From a bacterium (GTDB lineage: Bacteria; Patescibacteriota; Patescibacteriia; Patescibacteriales; UBA12465), in the NCBI GenBank assembly GCA_021806615.1, contig JAJZRB010000001.1, forward strand, positions 207,201-271,200: 64,000 nucleotides of DNA, in the 5' to 3' direction. The notes beneath the pieces are model-generated. The model did no database searches and was not told where the DNA came from. It was given only the letters and a program-made list of their open reading frames with translations. How positions within the stretch are numbered: the first letter of the stretch is position 1; each line of letters starts with the position of its first letter. Shown here piece by piece: positions 53,902 to 62,220 of this stretch. A program made the translations under genes and the position numbers.

Positions 53902-53930
53902 TTGAAAATTTAAGAAAAGTCTGATAATAT
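53902..53930 (+). promoter_or_regulatory. Sigma70-like promoter (TTGAAA-17 nt-TAATAT) upstream of tyrS
   Basis: The -35 lies at 53902-53907 and the -10 at 53925-53930. Confidence 0.4.
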
Positions 53931-53987
53931 TATAACATAATTTGCTAATTAATACCAAGCCGAACAGCCGGCTTTCTTGAGCTATAT

Positions 53988-55217
53988 ATGCCTAAGGTTA
54001 TTACTGATAAAAAACGTATCGCCGAACTTTTAACGCGGGGGGTAGAAAAAATCTATCCTGGTTATCAAGAGCTAGAAAAAAAGATGCTTAGCGGAGAACG
54101 GCTCCGCCTATATTGCGGCTATGATCCGACGGCGCCAGCTTTGCATATTGGTAATGCTATTTCTATCAATAAATTAGGTCAATTCCAAGCCTTGGGCCAC
54201 GAAGTTATCTTCTTAATCGGAGATTTCACCGGGCTGATTGGCGATCCTACTGATAAAAAAGCGGCTCGCAAGCAGATGACGCGAGAAGAAGTGTTGGCGA
54301 ATGCGCGCGATTATCAGAAGCAAGCCTCGGCATATTTACGTTTTGATGGCGATAATCCCGCTAAGATAATGTATAATAGCGCTTGGAACGATAAGCTTAA
54401 TTTTAAAGATTTAATTGGTCTAGCTTCTAATTTTACGGTGCAGAAGATGATCCAGCGCGATATGTTCCAAGAGAGGCTAAAAGAAGAAAAGCCAATTTAT
54501 CTTCATGAATTCTTATATCCCTTGACCCAGGCTTATGATAGCGTCGTTATGGATGTCGACTTAGAAATCGGCGGTAACGATCAGATGTTTAATATGATGT
54601 GCGGGCGCGACTTGCTGAAATCTATCAAGAGCAAAGAGAAGTTCGTCCTGACTTTGAAGCTCTTGGCCGATGAGAGCGGGAAAAAAATGGGCAAGACCGA
54701 GGGCAATGTCGTTTTTTTGGATAAAGAGCCAGAGGAAATGTACGGTCAGATCATGGCGTGGCCTGATGGCGTGCTTATACCCGCTTTTGAGCTATGTACT
54801 AATATCCCTCTTTCCGAAGTAGCGGAGATGTCCATCGCTTTGAAAGAAGAAAAAATCAATCCGCGAGATTTAAAGATGAAACTCGCCTGGGAAGTGACGA
54901 ATATGAATCATGGCGAGAAAAAGGCTGATAAAGCTCAGGAGTATTTTATCAAGACGATCCAGCAAAAGGAGCTGCCGGTGGACATGCCGACTTGGGCGGC
55001 CCTACAGGATAAATATAAGCTCCTCGACTTGTTAGTGGTTACAAAATTGGTCAGCAGTAAAAGCGAGGCGCGGCGCCTGATTGAACAGGGAGCGATCAAG
55101 GTCCAAGAAAAAGGCGGGAAGTTTATGGTCATTAAAGATGCCACGGCGGAAGTTTCGGTAAAATCCGGAGCGGTCATCCAACGGGGCAAGCTGCATTTTT
55201 TGCAAGTTACACGATAA
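53988..55217 (+). CDS. tyrS: Tyrosine--tRNA ligase
   Basis: HIGN motif (LHIGNAI), a KMSKS-type motif (KMGKT) and a C-terminal S4 domain. Confidence 0.95.
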   Translation: MPKVITDKKRIAELLTRGVEKIYPGYQELEKKMLSGERLRLYCGYDPTAPALHIGNAISINKLGQFQALGHEVIFLIGDFTGLIGDPTDKKAARKQMTREEVLANARDYQKQASAYLRFDGDNPAKIMYNSAWNDKLNFKDLIGLASNFTVQKMIQRDMFQERLKEEKPIYLHEFLYPLTQAYDSVVMDVDLEIGGNDQMFNMMCGRDLLKSIKSKEKFVLTLKLLADESGKKMGKTEGNVVFLDKEPEEMYGQIMAWPDGVLIPAFELCTNIPLSEVAEMSIALKEEKINPRDLKMKLAWEVTNMNHGEKKADKAQEYFIKTIQQKELPVDMPTWAALQDKYKLLDLLVVTKLVSSKSEARRLIEQGAIKVQEKGGKFMVIKDATAEVSVKSGAVIQRGKLHFLQVTR

Positions 55218-55236
55218 TCAAATCTTATTTTTATTT

Positions 55237-56928
55237 ATGATTCTCGCGGACCTAAAAAATAAAATAAAGGCAGCTCTAAATTTAGAGTCGGCAATTTTTG
55301 CATATCCTACTGATTCCGAATTGGGAGACTTAAGCTTGGCTTGTTTCGAATTAGCTAAGAGCCGTCATGAGAGTCCGGCTAAATTGGCTGAAGAGTTAGC
55401 TGATGCCGCCCGAAATAGTCAGGAAATAATGAACTATTTCCAGGCGGTGAAGGCCGTCGGTCCTTATCTTAATTTTTTTATTTCTCCATTTTTCTTGGCT
55501 GATAATGTTTTAATGACTGTTGGAAAAGAAGCGGAAAAATATGGTTTCAATACTCTGGGAGGAAGCAAGAGAGTGATGATTGAATACTCAAATGGCAATA
55601 CTCACAAGGAATATCATGTCGGGCACCTACGGAATATTTCTTATGGTGATACGGTCAGCCGTTTATTACACGCTAATGGCTATGAAGTCATACCAGTTTC
55701 ATATATCAATGATTTCGGCATACATGTGGCAAAAACTATTTGGCGCTGGAAACAAGATAGTAGCTATCAATCTAGTACGGAAGATAAAGGGTATTTATTG
55801 GGTAAATGTTATGCCGTCGCTAGCCAATTATTGAAGGATGACCCGGCCGGGAAGGAAGAAGTTTCTGATATTATGAAGGAGATCGAGAGCCGTTCCGGTG
55901 ATAATTACAAGCTGTGGACGGAAACCAGAGAGTGGAGCATCAAGTATTTTGACTCTATTTATCAAGAATTACATATTAAGTTCGCGCATATTTTTTATGA
56001 GAGCGAAGTTATTGACGCTGGTTTGGCTTTGGTCGAGGGAATGAAGAAACAAGGCATTTTACGGCTCAGCGAAGGGGCAATCATCGCTGATTTGGAGAAA
56101 TACGGTTTAGGCGTCCTGCCGGTCATCCGCTCCGACGGCACGGCCCTTTATCCGGTGGCCGATTTAGCCTTAGCTTCAGAAAAATTCCAGAAATATAATC
56201 TAGATGAGTCTATCTATGTGGTTGATGTCCGACAAAGCTTATATTTTGAACAACTATTTAAAATTTTGGGATTGATGGGTTATCGGCAGTCCTTAGTGCA
56301 TCTGACTTACGATTTTGTAACTCTGCCCGGAGGCATGATGTCTTCTCGAACCGGGAATGTGGTTACTTACCAGGAATTAAAAGAGCAGGTCCTTACAAAA
56401 TTCTTAGCAGAAACCGCTCAGCGGCATAGCGATTGGAAGCCGGATCGTATCCATGAAGTCGCTTTGAACCTGACTATTTCCACGATAAAATTTGAAATGC
56501 TTAAAGTCGGCGCGGACAAGATCATTACTTTTAATATTGATGAAGCGGCTAGATTTGACGGTTATACCGCTTGTTACTTACAATATGGATACGCTCGCCT
56601 GAAAAGCATCATGCGTAAGGACCCGCCAGATGATCATCTCTCGGTGGATGCGACTTTGCTACGGGAACCGGCAGAGAAAAAAATATTGATCGCTTTGGCC
56701 CGTTATCAGGAAATAGTTGTTAGCGCTGGAGAGAAATACAGTTCTAGCGAGATAACTAAATATCTTTTTGAGCTCGTCCAGCTCAGTAACGATTATTATC
56801 ATGAAATAAATATACTTAAAGCCGAATCCGGAATAAAGCGGGCGCGGCTCGCCTTGATCAAGGCCGTGGCCCAGGTGCTTAAAAACGGGTTTACTATCCT
56901 CGGGATGGAAGCTTTAGAAGAAATGTAA
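55237..56928 (+). CDS. argS: Arginine--tRNA ligase
   Basis: NGNTHKEYHVGHLRN and a DALR anticodon-binding C-terminal domain. Confidence 0.95.
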   Translation: MILADLKNKIKAALNLESAIFAYPTDSELGDLSLACFELAKSRHESPAKLAEELADAARNSQEIMNYFQAVKAVGPYLNFFISPFFLADNVLMTVGKEAEKYGFNTLGGSKRVMIEYSNGNTHKEYHVGHLRNISYGDTVSRLLHANGYEVIPVSYINDFGIHVAKTIWRWKQDSSYQSSTEDKGYLLGKCYAVASQLLKDDPAGKEEVSDIMKEIESRSGDNYKLWTETREWSIKYFDSIYQELHIKFAHIFYESEVIDAGLALVEGMKKQGILRLSEGAIIADLEKYGLGVLPVIRSDGTALYPVADLALASEKFQKYNLDESIYVVDVRQSLYFEQLFKILGLMGYRQSLVHLTYDFVTLPGGMMSSRTGNVVTYQELKEQVLTKFLAETAQRHSDWKPDRIHEVALNLTISTIKFEMLKVGADKIITFNIDEAARFDGYTACYLQYGYARLKSIMRKDPPDDHLSVDATLLREPAEKKILIALARYQEIVVSAGEKYSSSEITKYLFELVQLSNDYYHEINILKAESGIKRARLALIKAVAQVLKNGFTILGMEALEEM

Positions 56929-56937
56929 ATAAAATAT

Positions 56938-58326
56938 ATGCCCCAGATAAATAATAGTAATTCTTTAGATAAGATTGTCGCATTATGTAAACGCCGCGGT
57001 TTTGTCTTTCCTTCCTCGGAGATTTATGACGGTTTTACCGCCGTGTACGATTTCGGGCCATATGGCGTGGAGCTGGCTAATAATATCAAGAAAGAATGGT
57101 GGCGGACTATGACACAATTGCGAGACGATGTCGTCGGTCTGGATTCGGCCATTTTCATGAGTCCCAAAATCTGGGAGGCCTCCGGCCATGTGAAGGGGTT
57201 TTCCGATCCTTTGACCGAATGCAAGAAATGCCATACTCGGCTGCGTTTAGACGCTCTTTTGGAAGAAGCGGGCATCTTTGCGGACGAAAAAATGTCCGAA
57301 GAAAAAATCAATCAGATTTTTTCTGAGAATAAGAATAAAATAAAATGTCCGATCTGCGGCGCCAGCGACTTTACTCCCGGCAAGAAATTCAATCTGCTGG
57401 TCCAGTCTAACCTAGGGAATTTCACTAACGATTGGGCTAAAGAGCCGACTTATTTGCGCGGCGAGACCTGCCAGGGGATTTATGTCAATTTTAAGAATGT
57501 CTTAGACAGCGCTCGCGTGAAGATTCCTTTCGGCATAGCTCAGATCGGCAAAGCTTTCCGCAATGAGATAACGGCGCGGCAGTTTATCTTTCGGACGCGC
57601 GAATTCGAGCAGATGGAAATGCAATATTTCGTAAAACCGGGCGACGACCTTAAGTATTATGAAGAATGGAAAGCGGCGCGTTGGAAATTTTATCTCGATT
57701 TAGGCATTGAAGAAAAAAATCTGAAGTGGCACAAGCATGAAAATCTGGTTTTTTATGCCCGGGAGGCATATGACATTGAATATAATTTCCCCTTTGGTTT
57801 TAAAGAACTGGAAGGCGTCCATGCGCGCGGCGATTACGACCTAACTCAGCATAGCAAGTTTTCCGGGCAGGATCTGCAGTATCTCGATCCAGCGACGAAT
57901 GAAAAATTTATACCCCATATCGTGGAAACTTCCGCCGGCGTCGGCCGGATTTTCCTGGCAATTTTGACGGAAGCCTACCAGGAGGAAACAATAGAGAGCG
58001 AAACCAGGATCGTACTGAGATTATCTCCCAAATTAGCGCCCATAAAAATAGCCGTTTTCCCGCTCCTCAAGAATAAGCCGGAATTAGTTAATAAAGCGCG
58101 AGAGATTTTTAACGTTTTAAAGATATCGTGGCGGTGCGAATTCGATGATAATGGCAATATCGGCAAGCGCTATCGTCGCCAAGATGAGATCGGCACCCCG
58201 TATTGCGTTACTGTCGATTTTGACAGCCTGGAAAATGAGGAAGTTACGGTGCGGGACCGGGACTCTATGAAGCAAGAGCGAATTCATATATCAGAGTTAG
58301 AAAGATTCTTTCGAGAGAAGATCTAA
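56938..58326 (+). CDS. glyQS: Glycine--tRNA ligase (alpha2 type)
   Basis: RGFVFPSSEIYDG, FRNEITARQFIFRTREFEQMEMQYF and an anticodon-binding C-terminal domain. Confidence 0.95.
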   Translation: MPQINNSNSLDKIVALCKRRGFVFPSSEIYDGFTAVYDFGPYGVELANNIKKEWWRTMTQLRDDVVGLDSAIFMSPKIWEASGHVKGFSDPLTECKKCHTRLRLDALLEEAGIFADEKMSEEKINQIFSENKNKIKCPICGASDFTPGKKFNLLVQSNLGNFTNDWAKEPTYLRGETCQGIYVNFKNVLDSARVKIPFGIAQIGKAFRNEITARQFIFRTREFEQMEMQYFVKPGDDLKYYEEWKAARWKFYLDLGIEEKNLKWHKHENLVFYAREAYDIEYNFPFGFKELEGVHARGDYDLTQHSKFSGQDLQYLDPATNEKFIPHIVETSAGVGRIFLAILTEAYQEETIESETRIVLRLSPKLAPIKIAVFPLLKNKPELVNKAREIFNVLKISWRCEFDDNGNIGKRYRRQDEIGTPYCVTVDFDSLENEEVTVRDRDSMKQERIHISELERFFREKI

Positions 58327-58361
58327 TCGCTCGTGAGAACTCTCTTGCGCGAGAAAAAAAT

Positions 58362-58405
58362 AAAAATTCCTCGGCTCACGGAATCGGGCGGAGGAATTTT
58401 TTTTG
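58362..58405 (+). terminator. Rho-independent terminator after glyQS
   Basis: AAAAATTCCTC-18 nt loop-GAGGAATTTTTTTT. Confidence 0.7.
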
Positions 58406-58423
58406 TAAAAACAAGAAAAACTA

Positions 58424-58452
58424 TTGCCACTTATTTTAATTAGTTATATAAT
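58424..58452 (+). promoter_or_regulatory. Sigma70-like promoter (TTGCCA-17 nt-TATAAT)
   Basis: The -35 lies at 58424-58429 and the consensus -10 at 58447-58452, upstream of the small basic ORF. Confidence 0.5.
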
Positions 58453-58528
58453 ATAGATAAGGAATAAGAAATCTATTGGTTAGAAGTTACAATGAAATCT
58501 AAATTCATTTAAGAAAGGGGGTGAGATT

Positions 58529-58639
58529 ATGAAAAAGAAAGCTGCAAAAAAGGTGGTGAAAAAAACCGCTAAGAAGAAAGTCGCTAAGAAAGCGGTCAAG
58601 AAAGTTGCTAAGAAAAAAGCCGCCAAGAAGAGAAAATAA
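58529..58639 (+). CDS. 36-aa lysine/alanine-rich basic protein (histone H1/Hc1-like composition); not in the ORF track
   Basis: A strong SD (AAAGGGGGTGA) lies 7 nt before the ATG. The translation is MKKKAAKKVVKKTAKKKVAKKAVKKVAKKKAAKKRK. The gene has its own promoter and terminator. Confidence 0.6.
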   Translation: MKKKAAKKVVKKTAKKKVAKKAVKKVAKKKAAKKRK

Positions 58640-58685
58640 TTTTTAAAATTTACTAGATCTTTTTGATTTAAAAATTATACAGAGG

Positions 58686-58713
58686 CCGTTCCGCCTAATA
58701 CGGAGCGGTTTTT
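58686..58713 (+). terminator. Rho-independent terminator after the small basic ORF
   Basis: CCGTTCCG-cctaata-CGGAGCGGTTTTT. Confidence 0.65.
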
Positions 58714-58818
58714 GTGTCTATGGCGATTGCTTCTAATCGAGTATTTATTAGGCGACAAGCGGTTTTTTAGGAAAGTAAAAAAGATAAGAAGACACTCGAT
58801 TGCTGAATTTATGGAAGG

Positions 58819-58852
58819 AAAAAGCCGATCATGAAAATAGATCGGCTTTTTT
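58819..58852. terminator. Bidirectional terminator
   Basis: AAAAAGCCGATC-atgaaaata-GATCGGCTTTTTT, located 32 nt past the stop of the minus-strand gene 58884..59327. Confidence 0.7.
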
Positions 58853-58883
58853 ATTGAATGGCTAGGAGGCGGGAATCTGCGAT

Positions 58884-59327
58884 TTAAGAGATTGGCTCAA
58901 GATTGATAAATTTTTTTGTATCCGGGATTGGAAAAGAGTTACTTTCCAATTTTTTATCAGTTCCGACCTTTAAGCGCCAGGTCGGGCGCACTGTTGATGT
59001 GTTAGGAGTGATGTTTAGCAATAATGTCGTTTCGCCGTTTTTAGATAAATCAGTTTTTTCAACTACTTCTACTGCAGCTACGATATTATTATTAAAGTGA
59101 CTGTTATCGACAAAAAAATGTTTAGTAATCATTTTTCCGTCTATAAAATCGCCACGGCGGTAGTGAGCTTTAATTGCGATTGTCGCGCCGTCAACGCTTA
59201 TGGAGTGCGCCGGTATTGATTTAAAGTGCTTATCGTTTAGCCCCGGACATTTGAGCAGTACATTTTCGAATTTAGCTAAAGTTTCAAATTTAGCATTTAC
59301 TTTCGTCACCGCTGTTTTTTCTGACAT
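58884..59327 (-). CDS. Hypothetical soluble protein (no family recognised)
   Basis: A GGAGG SD lies 8 nt upstream of the ATG. It is a monocistronic unit bracketed by a terminator and an AT-rich promoter region. Confidence 0.6.
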   Translation of the reverse strand: MSEKTAVTKVNAKFETLAKFENVLLKCPGLNDKHFKSIPAHSISVDGATIAIKAHYRRGDFIDGKMITKHFFVDNSHFNNNIVAAVEVVEKTDLSKNGETTLLLNITPNTSTVRPTWRLKVGTDKKLESNSFPIPDTKKFINLEPIS

Positions 59328-59472
59328 TATTTTTAGGCCTCCAGACCTAGTTTGTTTTTGTGAAATGAACTTTTGTTTGACTTAAGACTATATCATATTT
59401 AATTATATTTGTCAATAGTTTAGTATTCTAGTCTTTATCTCTTTTTAAGGCCCGATTGTCTATAATTATTAA

Positions 59473-60321
59473 ATGTATAATTTATGGCTAAAAATAAAGA
59501 AAAAAATTTTAAGATATTCACTCGCCTGTTTCATCTTAATTTTATTAATAACGTTTTTTATACATTTATATAATATTCGCTCAGTATTAGAAGTAGATTT
59601 CCTAGATGTCGGCCAGGGCGATGCTATCCTGATCAAGACGCCCAGCAATGAGGCTATCTTAATCGATGGTGGGCCTGATAATAAGGTGCTGTGGCGGCTA
59701 GGAGAGAATCTGTCTTTTTATCAACGGCGGATTGATTATTTAATCTTAAGCCATTATCATGACGACCATGCGGTCGGTTTGATAGAAATTCTTAAGAGAT
59801 ATCGAGTCGGTCATTTGATTTATGCCGGAGGCATCTCTTCCTCGCCCGTTATAACAGAATTATTGGATATAGCTCAGAGCCGCAAAGTGGAGTTGATTCC
59901 CCTAGATGGAGAGTTCCAAGTATCATATGGTAATGATTGTCGGCTGGATTTATTAAATCCTTTTGTTTTAGGCGTTAAAGATGATCCCAATAATTCTTTA
60001 GTCGCTCGTTTGAGTTGCGTCGGTCGCACCTTTTTATTTTCCGGCGATAACAGCCAGTCAGTTGAAAAAATACTCATTAATTCTGATTGGGATATCAGGG
60101 CCGATATTTTAAAATCTTCGCATCATGGCTCTAATAGCGCTAACAGCGAGTTATTTTTACGGGCGGTTAACCCGCAATTTATGGTTATATCGGTCGGGGC
60201 TGATAATAGATTCGGGCATCCTAGTCCTAGAATAATAGAATTGGCATCTGTTCTCGGGATTGATGTTAAAAGGACGGATGAGTCGGGCAGTGTAAAATTT
60301 TTGGCCAATAAAAGCCTTTAA
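59473..60321 (+). CDS. ComEC/Rec2-type metallo-beta-lactamase domain protein (standalone, TM-anchored)
   Basis: An N-terminal TM helix, then VDFLDVGQGDAILIKTP, HYHDDH and SSHHGS, as in the C-terminal nuclease domain of ComEC. The competence channel domain is absent. Confidence 0.8.
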   Translation: MYNLWLKIKKKILRYSLACFILILLITFFIHLYNIRSVLEVDFLDVGQGDAILIKTPSNEAILIDGGPDNKVLWRLGENLSFYQRRIDYLILSHYHDDHAVGLIEILKRYRVGHLIYAGGISSSPVITELLDIAQSRKVELIPLDGEFQVSYGNDCRLDLLNPFVLGVKDDPNNSLVARLSCVGRTFLFSGDNSQSVEKILINSDWDIRADILKSSHHGSNSANSELFLRAVNPQFMVISVGADNRFGHPSPRIIELASVLGIDVKRTDESGSVKFLANKSL

Positions 60322-60428
60322 TCAAGCTTATGACAATAGTGGAAATTGCCTAATCTTAGTTGACCGGAGGTCTATCATTTGTTATACTATTTATAAGGTT
60401 TCTAGACCTATTTTTATTGTTTATTCAT

Positions 60429-61073
60429 ATGATTATCACTTGGCAGGGACAGGCCTGTTTTAAACTTCAAGACAAGATCGGCCCGGATGGCGTGACGGTG
60501 GTTACCGATCCTTTTAATAAAGACATAGGCTTGAAAGTACCGAACTTCGAGGCCGATATTATCACTGTTTCCCACGATCATCATGACCACAATAATGTCA
60601 GCGCTTTGCGCGGCACGCCCTTCGTAGTTGATTGTGCCGGCGAGTATGATTTTAAGGGAGTATTAATTGAGGGCATTGATTCATTCCATGATGATAGGGA
60701 GGGGGCGGAAAGAGGCGGCAATATAATCTATCGATTGGAAATAGATGATATTTCTATTACTCATCTAGGCGACTTAGGCCACTCTTTGAACGACGCTCAA
60801 TTAGAAAAAGTGGCTGGCACCGACATCCTTCTAATTCCCGTCGGCGGCAAATACACTATAGACGCCAAGAAAGCCGTAGAAGTTATTTCGCAGATCGAAC
60901 CACGCATAGTTATCCCGATGCACTATAAGGTTAAGGATCTAAAGGTAGATATCGATGGCGTGGATAAATTCATTAAGGAAATCGGCTTGACTCCTACCTA
61001 TGAAGAAAAATTAAAGATTTCTAAAAAAGATCTGCCGCAAGAAGATATGGAATTAGTTATTTTAAGTATTTAA
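60429..61073 (+). CDS. MBL-fold metal-dependent hydrolase (UPF0173-like)
   Basis: MIITWQGQACFKL, VSHDHHDH and a HLGDLGH pattern. I placed the start at the internal ATG. Confidence 0.8.
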   Translation: MIITWQGQACFKLQDKIGPDGVTVVTDPFNKDIGLKVPNFEADIITVSHDHHDHNNVSALRGTPFVVDCAGEYDFKGVLIEGIDSFHDDREGAERGGNIIYRLEIDDISITHLGDLGHSLNDAQLEKVAGTDILLIPVGGKYTIDAKKAVEVISQIEPRIVIPMHYKVKDLKVDIDGVDKFIKEIGLTPTYEEKLKISKKDLPQEDMELVILSI

Positions 61074-61078
61074 ATAAT

Positions 61079-61681
61079 ATGATTAACCCGAAAAAAGAAA
61101 GAACTTTAGTTATTCTTAAGCCCGATGCTGTCCAGCGCGGTTTGGTCGGTGAAATAATCAGGCGGATTGAGAATACCGGTTTGAAGCTAGTCGCCTTGAA
61201 ACTCGCTACCGCGACAGAAGATCAATTATGGAAGCATTACAATAAGGACGATGAATGGTATACGAAAAAGGGGCAAAGGACCGTAGAAGAACGCCAGGCA
61301 GCCGGTCTGCCGGTAGAGAAAGAAGCCATTGAATATGGCAAAGATATCGTGCGGGCTCTAGTTAAATTTATGAGTTGCGGTCCCGTGGTCCCGATGATTT
61401 GGGAGGGCAACCAGGCGGTCGGGATTGTTAAAAAAATAGTCGGTTCAACCGAACCCTTGACTTCTGATGGCGGTACTATACGCGGTGACTATACTCTGGA
61501 CTCTTATGAATTATCTAGCATTGATAATCGCGCCGTGCGCAATCTTGTCCATTGCTCCGATCCGGTAGCTGATGCGGCGAGAGAGATACCGCTTTGGTTT
61601 ACAGATGAAGAAATCATTAAATATCGTCTGGTCGCCGAGCAGATACTCTACGATGTCAATCTGGACGGCTTTAAGGAATAA
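61079..61681 (+). CDS. ndk: Nucleoside-diphosphate kinase with internal insertions
   Basis: ERTLVILKPDAVQRGLVGEII, GPVVPMIWEG, GTIRGD and the active-site NLVHCSD. An extra ~35 aa lies between HY and the FM..GPVV region. Confidence 0.85.
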   Translation: MINPKKERTLVILKPDAVQRGLVGEIIRRIENTGLKLVALKLATATEDQLWKHYNKDDEWYTKKGQRTVEERQAAGLPVEKEAIEYGKDIVRALVKFMSCGPVVPMIWEGNQAVGIVKKIVGSTEPLTSDGGTIRGDYTLDSYELSSIDNRAVRNLVHCSDPVADAAREIPLWFTDEEIIKYRLVAEQILYDVNLDGFKE

Positions 61682-61699
61682 TATCAAATATAGAATAGT

Positions 61700-62197
61700 A
61701 TGGCCGGAGAGCGTGATAAAAATTTTTTTGTCAGAATAAGCGTCGCTGTTTTAGCTATCCTCATCTTAGCGCTCTGGGTCTTCAACCTGCAGAATGTCTG
61801 GCGGCAAGAGAAAAAGATGTCCGGTCCGGATGATAGCCAGGAATGGGCAAGCTTAAAAAACGATCTAGATAAGACTCTGGCCGGCCTGAAAGATAAATTG
61901 AGCCAGTTTGATAAAGCCAATAAAGATAATGTCAAGAATCAAGAATTTTTAAATAATTTGGTAAACGAAACGAAAAGATTAGCTTCTAGCACATCCGCTT
62001 CCAGCGCGACTGAAGGAAGCGTCGGCAGTCCGATCGCGACCCAGCCGGAAGCCACCACTACGCCAAGCTCAACCGCGCAGTTTGCGCCCAAGGGTCAAAA
62101 TTGCCCGGCCTATATAGACTGCATGCCGACTATCGGCGCAGCCCGTCCTTGCCAGATTCCGGCTGGTTGCGAAGGCATAACTCAAATCGCTTATTAA
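61700..62197 (+). CDS. Membrane-anchored hypothetical protein with a Cys-rich C-terminus
   Basis: An N-terminal TM helix, a low-complexity S/T/A linker and the C-terminal CPAYIDCMP...CQIPAGC. Confidence 0.5.
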   Translation: MAGERDKNFFVRISVAVLAILILALWVFNLQNVWRQEKKMSGPDDSQEWASLKNDLDKTLAGLKDKLSQFDKANKDNVKNQEFLNNLVNETKRLASSTSASSATEGSVGSPIATQPEATTTPSSTAQFAPKGQNCPAYIDCMPTIGAARPCQIPAGCEGITQIAY

Positions 62198-62220
62198 TAC
62201 GTGATATCCCTTTTTAATCT

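Noticed and set aside
53847-53987. I looked for a T-box riboswitch leader upstream of tyrS, and for similar leaders before argS and glyQS.
   Set aside because: The leader is only about 60 nt after the predicted -10. It has no specifier-loop, T-box or antiterminator architecture. The argS and glyQS genes follow with gaps of 19 and 9 nt.
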